Program-made: the position numbers and the translations under genes
Notes under the pieces: generated by a model
Told to the model about the DNA's origin: nothing
Database searches by the model: none
Seen by the model: the letters and a program-made list of their open reading frames with translations, nothing else
Assembly: GCF_033153115.1 (NCBI RefSeq)
Contig: NW_026889806.1
Span: 6,758,001 to 6,822,000, forward strand
Reading direction: 5' to 3'
DNA from: Saccostrea echinata
Taxonomy: Eukaryota
Length of the DNA: 64,000 nucleotides
Shown: positions 50,591 through 63,417 of the stretch, one piece after another
How the letters are laid out: each line of letters begins with the position of its first letter
Position numbering within the stretch: position 1 is the first letter of the stretch

Positions 50591-51078
50591 TTAGCTTAAA
50601 GGATAAGCCGTTGAAATAACTGACTAGTTTGCAAAGTTCCAGAATATAATCACTTCTCAGGCATTCATTAACATGCAGACAAAACTATCGTTATATTTTT
50701 GACGAATCCTGTGCTTTTAAATCTTGGGATTCATGTCAATCATATGTACATATATAAGTAATACTTTACTTGTATGTCCTTGAGCTCATGTTCTTTGGCA
50801 TGAACATGTTAAAATCGCATTTTTTTTCTTTCGAACTCTTATTTCATAAATCTATTTCTGAACAGCTTTTGTAACAGTCAAAAACACCGGGAAAATTTAC
50901 ATAGACTGAACAAGAGACGAGACCATCAAAAGCAGTTTTACTGGCAAAATAAACAAGATGACAAATACACAGTCCATTGATCCTTTCTGCATAATAAGAC
51001 ACACAATAAAGAATTCAATAAAAAATAATTTTGGGGCTTAAATACTTTGTTACAAATAAATTAAGTCATGGATATACA

Positions 51079-53032
51079 TTAGCTGGCATATACACAGCCT
51101 TTAATAAGTAAATTCCCACGCTTATAGTCATATAATGCGGGCCACACGAAAAAGTTGATTTTTTTGGCTGCGGTGTGGTCACATGACCACCATAGCTTGT
51201 GTTTTTCATCATCAAATTCGTGGTCGTCAACAGACAGCCACATAGGAGGGTGCTGAATAACCATTTGCCAAGTGACCTTTGCGCACCGATTCATGAATTT
51301 CTGGACCACCTTGTTTTCGTGTGGGTGTCGTTGTACAAATTCCGTAAATTCTAATGTCAGCTTTTCGCACATCATCTGAAAAAACATTACATTTAATATT
51401 AAAAAAAACATAAATAGTCTATTTATCGGTAACAACTATGCAGTTAAAAATTTTGGCTCCAATCTACTAAGAACTAACAAGTTAACATTATCATTTGTAC
51501 ATTAATATGGACAGGATATTTCGCTTACGCCAAAAATGACGTCAGAGTCAATGTCATCAAAGTGTTGCCTGAGCTGATGTCCAATGCTGTCTGTTATGTC
51601 GTCTGGTAGTCTGCTCTTCCCACTTCGCTCCCTTTCCAAATTATCGGTGATCTGAAAAACACATTTTATACTCGTACTGGAACTGCGTGCAATTCAACAT
51701 GATCAAATACTTCTTATTTCTATAACATTCAATTTTTTTTTCAAACATATCTTCATCGATATACTAGTATATCGGGATAGTTAATCCCCTTTGTTAAAGA
51801 ATGCAAATCTGAAAATATATATATATTTTTTTACAGACAAATAGTTAACACCCTTAATTTATTACAGATCGAATCTAATTGATATAAGCCTAACAGATCT
51901 GATAAAACGGCAGTTCTGATAATTAATGATGCTTACCACCAATGTAGGCTTTCTTAGAAGTTCTGCGATGGTGGCTTTCAGGGCATCGTACACATCCTTA
52001 CAACTTTGAAAAGCTGCCTACAATAATTGGAGAATTTTAATGTATAGATTAGGATTGCTGAAAAATACTTAAACATGTTTTACTCTGTATACTGGACACT
52101 GATCAAACAAAAGAAATATTTGAATAACTGTTTTACCATGACGCATGCGCAGAGGAATTGTACTATATCCTCCTCTTCGAAGTCGGTGATTTCCTCTAGC
52201 GTCTCCTTGGCGTCCACCCATTCCTGGCTCTCTAGCGTATTGTACAGCTGGGCGATATTGGAGGGCCGACATTTCTCACTGATATTCTCCACGTGTCGAT
52301 TATCTGTACGACCTATCAACGGCATCGACTTAGCTAACCTAAAATAAGTAATTAGTGAGAATGCTTAAATAACATACATAAGAGATAAAACATATCCTTT
52401 TGCATCTCAAAGAAATTCATATTACTATTAAATAAATAGGTACTGTACGTTTGCTTGAGATTCTCGCTTTCCTTCTTCGCCAGTTTAAGCTCATCCTCCA
52501 TTTGCCGATAGTCCTTCAGGACCGTTTCCATGGATCTTTGGGTCGTTTCCAGGGCAATCTTGGCTCGCTTGTATTCGTCCTGCACGTTGAGCGCCACGGA
52601 GTCCATCTGTTTGATTTGTGTTTCAAGTTTTTCAACCTTGGCCTTGAGTGCTTCATTTTCCTTCTTTGTTTTGTGGAGATCTGCGATGATGACGTCCCCT
52701 GGGCCCTGAGAAGGTTTGGGGGGAATGCTCGGTCGGTCATCAGATGGCTTGCCTACCTGTTTCCGGAGTTCCTCGTTTTCACGCTTCAGTTCATCCAATT
52801 TAACCCAGAGCTGGCCCATGCCCCCGGCAGCCCTTGACCCCCTGGGAGTGCTCGTAACATTGCTCGTCGCTCGCTGATTCTCTGATATCAAACTTTCAAT
52901 CAATAATTTGGCTTTCTCAAGCAAATGCCTGGTTTGAGGATCTCTCTTTTTCAGCATAAACACATTAGAAAGCCCATCACAGAAGTTCTTGGCGTCTGCG
53001 AGCAAGTCTTTCTTTTTAGACTCAACAGCCAT
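51079..53032 (-). CDS. Coiled-coil protein with Mieap/SPATA18-like C-terminal domain (GrpE-head-like C-terminus), 428 aa, 5 coding exons
   Basis: Exons 53032-52449, 52338-52137, 52017-51937, 51651-51529 and 51375-51079 (1287 nt, phases consistent). Mieap-like motifs: RPSNIAQLYNTLESQEWVDA, CAKVTWQMVIQHPPM, FDDEKH, FFVWPAL...G.LLIKGCV. Confidence 0.8.
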
Positions 53033-53890
53033 TGTTCTTGCATAAATTAATTCTGCAAAAAAGAAAACCACTCGGACATTAGCATAGCAACACTAGGATG
53101 GCATTAGATCGCGAGCACCAGGAAATGTAGAACGTTTAATGGGCACAAAAAATCAATAGAAAAAATACTTCAAAATCTCAGCGACAGAAGCTTAGGACTA
53201 CTAAGGCCTAAAACCCTCCTCCTTTATCCCCCCCAAAACAATTAGATTCAGCAATTTACCTGTATTTTGCACTGTACACAACAATAACATTACACATTTT
53301 CAAAAAATGATTTTGCATTATTTATTATTCCGAAGACTAGTTTTCAACATTACTGAGTATTGATTTCCGTAGCAACAAAATTTATACAGATGTAATTTAT
53401 TCATTTAATGAAAAAGTAACCAGGATAAATAGCACAAAAAACTGTACCTTTCAAATAAATCTGTTAACTCGTAATTTCCTCATTCCTCTCCCCCTGTAAG
53501 CCTGGGTGTTTTGCGTCCTTGGGTATTATATCGCTTTTGATGACAAAAATTTGGCGTATTGTCTTTGGGACACCATTTCAAACTCACGTGTGATTCATGC
53601 TATTGATTTGGCTGTGTGTCTGGCATCCTTACCGTATTGACTCCACAGCACAACTCCATACCTTAATTCTATCGATCCCATGACTTAACAAAGGAAAATT
53701 GATGCTACTCGCTCCAGGAATTCGGTCCATAAGCATCACTGCAAAACGAATTTGCATTACGTTCAGTGTCAGGATATGCAACAAACGTACAGGTAGTATT
53801 CCCATCTCCAGAAACGGACTGTTCTGATTGTGTTGGCAAATCAACTACTGATTCAAATTTCGAACAAAAAGAAACCAAATTGCAGCCAAA

Positions 53891-56466
53891 ATGGCGGACG
53901 AAGAAACCAAACCCACCGCTACCAAGCACAAGATTTCCGAGTCCAGTAACGAAGAGATCTGTCCAGACACCGCCGCGTCCGCAAGTCCAGAGGAGGAGTC
54001 CTACAAAATCATCGCCGCCATCGACTTCGGAACCACCTTCAGCGGGTACGCCTACGCTCTGACGTCTAACAAGGAGACCATTTACACCAATCGAAACTGG
54101 GGACAGACGCAGGGATTCCTTCTACAGAAAACACCCACGTGTCTTCTATTGAAACCCAATGGCGAGTTTGCAGCTTTTGGATTCGAAGCCGTATCCAAAT
54201 ACAGCGATCTGACTGAGGAAGAGGCAGCAGAACATTATTACTTTGACCGTTTCAAAATGAAACTGTATGATAACAAGGTAAGATCCTGTGGTTTAACTCT
54301 AGATTTTGGTTGATTTCCGATGTGAAGGATTCTTTTAACCTTAACACTGTATATAGTAACAAACCACTTACTGACCAGAGGTAACATAAACCTGATTAAG
54401 ATTAATTCAACCACATTAGATATAAATTCAACCACATTAGATATAAATTCAACCAATTCAACCACATTAGATATAAATTCAACCACATTAGACATAAATT
54501 CAACCACATTAGATATAAATTCAACCACATTAGATATAAATTCAACAACATGTAATATAAATTCAACCACATTAGATATAAATTCAACCACATTAGATAT
54601 AAATTCAACAACATTAGATATAAATTCAACAACATGTAATATAAATTCAACCACATTTGATATAAATTCGAAATAATGAGAAATCTTTCTCATTCATGAA
54701 AGCTATTATTTCAGATTCTGAGTACGGAGATAGTCGTTCAGGACGTGAACGGCAAGGAACAACTGGCAGTGGACGTATTCAGTCAATCGTTGCTCTTTAT
54801 GAAGGGGCACCTGTTACGTCAGCTGGCGGGAGCTATGGGTTACGAACCGGACGCCAAGACTATTAGATGGGTCATAACTGTGCCAGCAATCTGGGACGAA
54901 AATGCTAAACAGTTTATGAGAGAAGCGGCTTACAAGGTGTGTCCAGCCATTTGATCTCAAAATCAACCGTCAATTACGCAATTACAAGTAAATACAACTG
55001 TTTTAATGTTGTTCCAGAAAATCTCAAATACACATGCAGGTATTTAGATAAACGTCTAGCATGTCAAGACACTTGTGATGTACCAAGAAAAAAAGAATGT
55101 TACACAATAACTAGATGTACACAATCGATATAAGCCATGACTTATCGCTGTAATTTTAGGGAGAACTGATAGACAATACCCATAGTAACCAACTGCTGAT
55201 CGCCCTTGAACCCGAGGCTGCGTCCTTGACCTGCAGAACCATTCAGGCCAACAACTTTGTAGACAACATGGATAATCAGACGCCCAAACCAACATTTGAA
55301 CCAGGAACCAAATACATAGTAGTCGACGCCGGAGGTTGGTAGAATTTACAAAAAAGTGAAAGTTAACTAGATTGATAGAAAGACTGAAATTAATCTTGTT
55401 TTTTTCTCCGACAGGTGGGACGATAGATATTGTTGCACACAAGGTGAGGAAGGACGGTAAAATTCGCGAGCTCTTCCGCGCCACGGGAGGTGCGTGGGGT
55501 GGTACCGTAATAGACCAACAGTTTATTAACCTCTTGTTTCGAATCTTTGGGGAGGAATTCATTAATGCTTTTCATTCCCAGTTCCCAAAAGACTATGTGG
55601 AATTGCTGCAAGATTTTGAAATCAAGAAACGCGGCGAGAGTGAGAGCGTGAGAGTTTCCCTTCCCTACAACTTCTGCAATTTTTCCCACGAAGGAAAATC
55701 AGTGCAAGACTGTATAAAACACTACTCAGAAAAATCGGGCCCATCAGTGAAGTTTTCTTCAGGGAAACTAGTGTTATCCTCCGAAACAGTCGACTCTCTT
55801 TTTAAAGACCCCCTTGACCAAATCAACGATCACATTGAGAACTTATTAAAACGTCCCAAACTCCGCGACCTTAACTACATTTTTCTTGTGGGAGGGTTTG
55901 CGGAGTCTGCAAAGCTACAGTCTTCCATCAAGAAAGCGTTCAGTGATAGAGTTACCGTTCTTGTGCCTGAAGAAGCGAGTTTGGCGGTTGTGAAAGGCGC
56001 CGTGGCATTCGGCTGCGATCCCAGCTCCATCTGTCAGAGGATATGTCGTTACACATACGGAGTTGGATCCTACCTGCCATTTGAGGACGGCAAGCATCGA
56101 GATGATCTGAAAGTCGTCTCAGATGAATTAGTGTTGTGTAAAAACATACTGCAGGTGTGGGCAGAGAGTGGCGAGGTTATCGGACATAATGAAGTTTGGC
56201 GGGAAACCTACACACCCATCATCACCAATCAGAGAGGGATCATATTCGAGTTTTTCAAGTCGGCGAAGAAGAACGTCCAGTACACAGACGAGGATAGCGT
56301 AGAGAAGTGTGGCTGTCTAGTGGTAGAAATGCCCGACATGACGGGGGACAAAGAGCGTGCAGTCGACCTTGAGGTCATTTTTGGCGGGACAGAGATCAAG
56401 GTCGTAGGATACGATCACACTAGCAAAACTCATCGGGAGACCTATATAGACTTCCTTACTGCTTGA
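53891..56466 (+). CDS. HSPA12A: Heat shock 70 kDa protein 12A/B-like (atypical Hsp70), 611 aa, 4 exons
   Basis: Exons 53891-54277, 54715-54936, 55160-55334 and 55415-56466 (1836 nt). HSPA12 motifs: AAIDFGTTFSGYAY, KTPTCLLL, WVITVPAIW, QFMREAA, IALEPEAAS, VVDAGGGTIDI, GGAWGGT, LVGGFAES. A-versus-B orthology cannot be resolved here. Confidence 0.93.
54403..54670. repeat. 21-bp minisatellite in HSPA12 intron 1
   Basis: About 12 copies of ataaattcaaccacattagat. Confidence 0.92.
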
Positions 56467-56690
56467 CACAAAGATCAGTAGACGATGTGAGCATACCAGT
56501 ATCAACATGAAAACCCAAGTATAACCGGTATCAACTCAAGCCTCAAGTGTATCAAATAAGTGCTTATTCATCAATGCTTACACCAAATGTGTTCATCCTC
56601 AGCTGCTGCTTTTACTTTAAGTCAGCATTACATTCCACGAAGTAATTCACTGCCCTCTCCTTGTGAATCTTGTAATTATAGCTTTATTTG

Positions 56691-56696
56691 AATAAA
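56691..56696 (+). terminator. Putative polyadenylation signal of HSPA12-like gene
   Basis: AATAAA ~225 nt after the stop codon. Confidence 0.45.
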
Positions 56697-57936
56697 AAAT
56701 AAACAAAATATATAAATTTATTTTTTATTAGCAAAAAAATATAATATGCTTTGACAGTACTTGAAAACAGTCACAAGTTGTCCTAGCGATTTAAATGTGA
56801 ATTAGCAGATACACAGATATTTGTGTAGTATATGGTTAATTGGTTACAGAAACGAAAAGTACAGAAAGCTAGTGCTGAAAATTTCACAGAATTTCAGTAG
56901 AGTGACCTCCCCTTGCCAATGAGGCAAAAACTTGGCTTCAAATGATTTGAGCAAAACATTTAACTGAGAGAGAAAACAAAAACAGGCAACTGCATGGAAC
57001 TCAACATTAAAAATGTAACTAATAACTCCAACAAAAATATTTAACCAGAGAACATTCAACATTTGCTGCTACACTGTGACAATGTGAGGCTGATTCCTGT
57101 CACCAAGACAATGTATTGCTGTGTATTATAATCTGACTAGACAATTCTAATGCAAAGACTGTAACTAGAAACATGGTTATACAGATACGGAAGACGAGTG
57201 ATTGAAAATTTACAGGACATAATTAACAGCACTACATATACTGGGCTTTCTACAGACTGTAATTCTAGCTAAACATTTCACAAGCTGCAATTCAGATTTA
57301 GATCATTGCACAACTCAAAATATCTTCACCTAAAATTGCACTTCTGTGTTAAAACATTGAGTAGTTGAAATAATAAAGGTTCAAAAATACTTAAACATTT
57401 ATCAATATTTCACATTTCAGAGACCATCAGTTAAGATTTCCCCTGAATAACTATGTAACATTATAATTTGTTTGGACGAATGTATTTGTACTTGTTCTAG
57501 AGTCAAGTTTGAGAGATTCTGGTTGATTATGTCAATATCTGTATATACAGAGTTATCTTTCCTACTCCTTGTTAAATACAGTCTAATTTAGAGATAAAAT
57601 CCAAGGCACAGAACCAGATCTAAGCTTTCATACAGGTCACATCAATTCTTACAACTTCTCACAAATTAGAAATTTCTGGAGAAAAAACAAAACTGTAACA
57701 GTAGAAGCACATTGATAGTTAACAATGAAAAGATTTTTAAACAAAAAAAATATCAATATCATATTAACACTTGTAATATTTTATAAAAGTTATATCATTT
57801 TCAAACCTACAATACTTCATGCATTCATCAGTTATTCACAGTCGTAAACAGAGTTGGTCATGTGATCACTAGTGATAAGCTACGTGCAATTTCCTGTTCT
57901 ACGCAGCAAAGCCATGGCCTCCCTCTGGGATCTTCT

Positions 57937-60900
57937 TTACTTGTCACCTGATGCTTTCTCTAGTGCAATATCTGGAGAGAGAAAAAGTTTAACATGCATA
58001 GGAATGCCACAACAGATTACCATTTATTACTCTTGTTGTAACTGCTTCTTATAATATATATTAAATTTAAAGCAAAATAAAATCAGTTTGTTTCAAACCA
58101 TCACCCAATATAATGATGAAGAGTTCTCATTTTTGGTCACCTATTCCTTCTATAATCACACAGACCTATACCCCTCATTTTGGCTCTGTCACATTTTCTG
58201 TCTCTGTCTGTCAATATGGTCCCTTCTGAATCTTTATATGTTAATATTTCCATTTCTACTTGTTTTCTCTGTGATAACTCTTTGAAAGTTGAGTTGATTT
58301 CTTGATCATTCCACCAGAATGCAAATTTCGCCAAGCGAAAGATCAGGAGCTAAGAAGGCCTAATATGCATGTAATTCTCGTGCGGCTGTCTATGTGTCTG
58401 ACACAAGGAGGCCTAATATGCATGTAATTCACGTGCGGCTGTCTTTGTGTTTGACGTCAGTGGGCGGGGACTATTGAAATTGACGTAAGGCCTCGTGTAA
58501 TTTAAATCTATTAATCTACATTTTTAAAATCTAAATTTACAATTTTATTTCACAATGAAATTGAAATATAAGGAATCACTGTCTAGTTAGTAGAGTATGC
58601 CAGGGAAATCAACGATAGTTGAAAACGTGGGATAATTTATGCATAACGAGCTTCGCCCATTATGCAAAATATCCCACATTTCCAACTATTGTTGATGCTC
58701 TGGCATACTCTACTAACTAGACAGTGATTCCTTAAATATGCATCCCATCATCTGAATGTATATGTCTGTTTTTGCCGTGTGTCTGTTTGTCACAATAATT
58801 ATCCTAATTTGAATTGTCTATGTCTGTTTTTTGTCTGTCTTTCTGAGACAATATTTATTCTCTACAGTGTATTTAATTTTTGTCTGTGCATTGGTGTCCG
58901 TGACAATATTTACCTCTATTTAGATTGTCTGTCTTTGTTTTATTGTCTGTGTGTCTGTCTGTGTCAATATTTATTCTCTATTTACCTTGTCTATGTCTGT
59001 TTTTGTCTGTGTGTCAATATTTACCCTCTATTTAGTTTGTCTCTCTTTTATTGTGTGTATTTCTGTCTGTGACAATATTTACCCTCTATTAAGCTTGTCT
59101 ATGTTTGTCTGTATGTGTGTGACAATATTTACCTTCTTTGGATGGTAACCTTGCTCTAACCTCAGTCTCTGCATGCTTTAAATCATCCTTCTTGAAATTT
59201 TCAATGCCTTTTTTATGCTCTTCTAATTTCTTCTCCATTTCAATTGCTGCAAAAGAACATAAAATAAAAATTTTCACTTATGAAATACATTATATTCAAT
59301 TACAAGGAGAGAAAAGCTGAACATAGCAATGTAATGTTATGTGGCACTTAAAGGCTAGCACATGCATGTTACTGCATAAGGCAAGAGGAAAATGGTGAAT
59401 TTATGGGTGTAAACCAGTATCATCAAGAAGGACCACAACCAATTTTGAGATTACCATGGAATATTATACGCTGATCATTGTGATTTCTGGAGTATTTTTA
59501 CATAAACAATCAAACCTCATCATCTTGAACTTGATGGGACCAAGAAAAACTTTGGAGAAATCTGAGGATTTGAGATATCAATTTTAGAATACATAAAGAA
59601 ATGGTGGTTGGAACATTCATCTCACTTAAATATATCCATAGTATTTGAGATATCAAAGTTAAAGATACTGAAGTTCAACTGTATTCAGGGATTTATCAGT
59701 ACCTTCTCACGGGCCGAAATTCGGCCCCATTCCCAATTGAAAATGAGTTCAATTTTTCCCATTATGGCAGTATTTTTTCCCAATTGGTGAACAATGCTTT
59801 TATATTTAATCATCTTGGAAAAAAACTCAGTAAAATTGTCATATTGTCTGTAATTTTCCTCTATTTATCTCATTTAGCTAGTCATAAGACTGTTAGTAAA
59901 CATTGCCGACTTTAATCCGAATTTCCTCCGTTTTTCTGAAAATGGTGATACTGTGTTATAATATAGATTTATTAAGTTTTGTCCACCTATTCAATTTATC
60001 TATGACAGACCTGGGGTCAATTACTTTGAAATGTAATGAATTAAATTATAATTATTTTGGAATTTTTACCATTATAATTACCATTACCATTACTCTCATT
60101 CAGAAAAGTAATTAATTAAATTACTTTGTTAATGTAATGAATTACATTACACATTACATTTTATAAGAGAAAAACATAAATTTTATGATCACACAATTTA
60201 TATCCATAAATTAACTTTCTCACACTTTGTGCCCGGTTAAAATGCTTTCACTCAGGTCTGTAAGTCAGAGTGGTATTTGGATTTTGGATTCATTTATCAT
60301 GTAGTTTACCAATCTACAGTTGACAAAGCAGTTGACAAAGAAAGTGGATCAGTGTTGTAGTTTTGTTCAGTCTCTGCATGATGTTAGTTCTTTTTTTTTT
60401 TAAATAAGTGATAAACATTTCATACCTTATGCTTTATGTAAAGTGATATTTAATCAACAGATAATTCTATAATTGTAAAACGAGTATGTATTAATAATTT
60501 AATTAATTTGCACTCATAATTAGCTGAGCAGGCATAATCAATGAAGATATAAATTTAACACAATCAAAGGTGATAATTACTGGTACCTAGATGTAGGGTT
60601 TGAAGTTAGAGGTGACTCTCAAGCTACCAAAAATGAATGATGGACAATATCAATACATGTATTTACATTTGGCCTTAGTTTCCATTTGTGTCTTTGAGTA
60701 GATCATAATGATCTTTTATCCTGCTTTCCAAGTCCATTTTACCAGAATGAACTTTGTGGAAAAAAAAAACCAAAACTCAAGTTGAAAAATATAGTCTGTA
60801 TCTTAATTGGTAGTCATAGTATAGTACATATATTAATGTCACTTGTTTTGTGGCTATCTTTGAAACCTTATGATTTCTTTCAATATTTTTTTTCTGGCTC

Positions 60901-63417
60901 TCTTCAATTGATTTTAAAACTGTCTTGTCAAGAAGTTTTCTACTAAAACAATTATTTAGTATATTGTCTATCAATCACCATTGAATAAACATTTTTAAAA
61001 AATGGTAAGATATAGGATTTTAATTTTTAGACTTTAACATTATCAGTAATAAAAAAAAAAAACTCTCAATGGCTGTGCTTTGTTTAAGATTCAGAAATAA
61101 AAAGATATTAAAATACAAAATGTAATTGAAAAGTAATGGTCATTACTGACATATTTTTGAAAGTAATGCATTACAGTACAATTACTTGTAATTGAAAGAT
61201 GGATCCATTGTACACCCAATTACTTTAAAAAAAATGTAATGATTACAATGAATTACCATTACACATTACCATTACCCCAAGGTCTGATCTATGAGTGAAT
61301 GGTAAGAAATGTAAGCATATATTTCAGATAGAAAAATATATTTTCAATGCATTTTTACATATTAATTAAAAGGGGACTTTGAGAAAATGTGTACTTACTA
61401 TAATTTTTTGCAGAGGTTTATAATCTCCAGAAACAGATTTTAATCACCTAAATTGAAATCTCATACACACACATACAACAAGTACATGTACTAATCCTAA
61501 GAGGTATAAATACTTTATACTCAGTGAAGTCAAATTTAGTTTTATTAGTCTATTATTGATAATTGATCTTGTATATGATGAAGTTAGATCATATTTAATT
61601 GTCTGTTTGGTTGCCCAAAATTAGAGTTCATGTTGAAATGTTAAATGAATTAATACACCTGAATACACATGATGTTAGCAAGATTTTAAAGTTTTTCCCA
61701 ATTTCAGCAAATAGTAGTGATGGGAATCGGTAAGAATTTAATTACTGTTACTAACTAATTATTGAATATAATAATCAGGCTTTTACAAAATCTATCAATT
61801 TGGTTACTGTAAAAGCAGAAATATTTGATGGGGATCAAATTTCAATTATTTCGTTTTTAACAATTCTAAACGAAATTAAATCCCACGAAATTTTTGTTCG
61901 ACTATATATTGAATAGAGCTTCTTTCGAAACAACAAAATTTAAAGCCAACAAAACCTTTTTTGAATGACAAATCAACGAAATTTTATCCTCACGAAAATT
62001 TGTGCTTCTACAGTAATTAAATGGTAAGAATGGGTAACTGACTACTTTCTGTATATTATGTATTTGTTGTTTATTTTGCTGAAAAAGAATAAAAGGATAT
62101 CATCTGAGTGTTTTATTGAGTGTGTATCTGCTTTTCTTTAATTTTTCTTCATACGTTGTACAGATATAAAACTTATATCCATACCCGGGAACATGATTTG
62201 TTTCCCGGGTAAGGATACAATTGTCTGTCTGTCTGCACCATTATGATACACAAACAAGTTAATAGATAAGTTGAGGCTGGAATATTTGGCTTAAAAACTA
62301 TTACGCTTGTAAAAAAAAAAATGAATAAAAATGAAAAATAGAAAATAAAAATTTTGTAATCGAGCGCTTGGATTATGCCAGCAATCGGCTGATTTTTGAT
62401 TATAATCGATGATTAGAACACCACTAGCAAATAGCCGATAATATTTTCCCAATTCCCTAAAAATGGCTTTCCCAAAATAGGATGATAAATCCCTGGTATT
62501 CAATACAGCTATAATTCATGGTGCAATACTTTTTTTCATTTCAACAATAAAAAGTTCTAAGTTGAGGGGGAGTACATAATCTAAAATCAAACCTTCTGGA
62601 GGGGGGAGGGGATTTTTCTCTTTTGTTTCTGTATGTGAGAGCTGGGATTTGTCAAACTCTGATATTTCAGATCGGAGTTCTACTTCTTGCTTTTCCTGTC
62701 CAATAACTGTACAAATAGAGAGAGGTTGACATGCATCATAAAGCAAGCAAAGAACTGATAAAACAATAATAACAGGCAGAAAGAAATTATACAAAAACAT
62801 TCAACCAAACACTTATAGATAACATATATCAGCAAAAAAATAAATAAATAAAATTAAATTAAAAATAGAAAAAATCTCAAGACTGCATTATAAATGATTT
62901 TTAAGAACTATACAATGCAACACAAAATAATGAACAAGGTGCCCTTATTTACCACAAGCAGATTTTAGTTTCATCATGCGACAACTTGTTAATGAGTTTA
63001 TAAATCTACATAAAAAGCAAACAGTGTGTCCATTATGTCATATTATAGCACAACTATAGATGGTTACTTGTCATTATCAGTGCAAAATATCAACTGTTCA
63101 AGACAGAGATTTTTTATTAAGTCATTGATTAAAATAATTTCAAAGAAGGAAATTAGTGAAAAATCAAAAAGAAAATGATGCATTTATACTTTCATTTCAG
63201 TGAATGTTTATTGCTGGCAAAGTCAAAACATTAGAGATTATCAGTGATTAGTGTTTGGAGTTTTTAGACTCGAGTGAGCTCGACACAATGCCAGCATGCA
63301 AACCTTCGACTGGAGGTAGTGGATTTTTTTCTTGAGTTTCGATGGGAGCTAGCTGAGCTTTGTCAAACTCAGTGATCGACAAGCGAAACTCTTTTTCCCT
63401 CTTTTCTTGGCCGATAA
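57937..63417 (-). CDS. Multi-repeat beta-thymosin (WH2; ciboulot/tetrathymosin-like), 3' portion; 5' exons not found in this window
   Basis: Three 114-nt phase 1-1 exons at 63417-63304, 62706-62593 and 59246-59133 (FDKAQLAPIETQEKNPLP; FDKSQLSHTETKEKNPLP; FKKDDLKHAETEVRARLP), plus terminal exon 57971-57937 (DIALEKASGDK*). Confidence 0.9.
58569..58735. mobile_element. Palindromic MITE-like element
   Basis: taaggaatcactgtctagttagtagagtatgccag ... ctggcatactctactaactagacagtgattcctta; almost the whole ~165 bp is an imperfect hairpin. Confidence 0.75.
58760..59132 (-). repeat. Degenerate ~50-bp minisatellite beginning at a thymosin donor site
   Basis: Units gacaatatttaccctctatt..., reverse complement GG|GTAAATATTGTCAC; the real donor is GAAG|GTAAATATTGTCAC at 59132. 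Confidence 0.8.
60006..61286. mobile_element. Non-autonomous hAT element nested in 59686-62495
   Basis: TIRs CAGACCTGGGGT / ACCCCAAGGTCTG; subterminal (gtaat/attac) repeats; perfect 8-bp TSD ATCTATGA. Confidence 0.88.
61805..62014. mobile_element. MITE with TACTGTA...TACAGTA termini, nested in 59686-62495
   Basis: tactgtaaaagcagaaatatt ... aatttgtgcttctacagta. Confidence 0.65.

Larger units (their letters stand above)
59686..62495. mobile_element. Non-autonomous TIR element with apparent 5-bp TSD, hosting nested insertions
   Basis: TIRs CAGGGATTTATCA / TGATAAATCCCTG; GTATT on both flanks. Confidence 0.75.

Noticed and set aside
54238-54693. 151-aa VVEFISN-repeat ORF antisense to HSPA12
   Set aside because: Translation of a 21-bp intronic minisatellite. 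This array is mid-intron and not donor-derived, so it was excluded from the donor-array count.
58355-58500. 52-bp duplication followed by CRE (TGACGTCA) and a GC box, as a possible promoter
   Set aside because: It lies in the last thymosin intron next to a palindromic element and is probably transposon-internal sequence; there is no transcript evidence.
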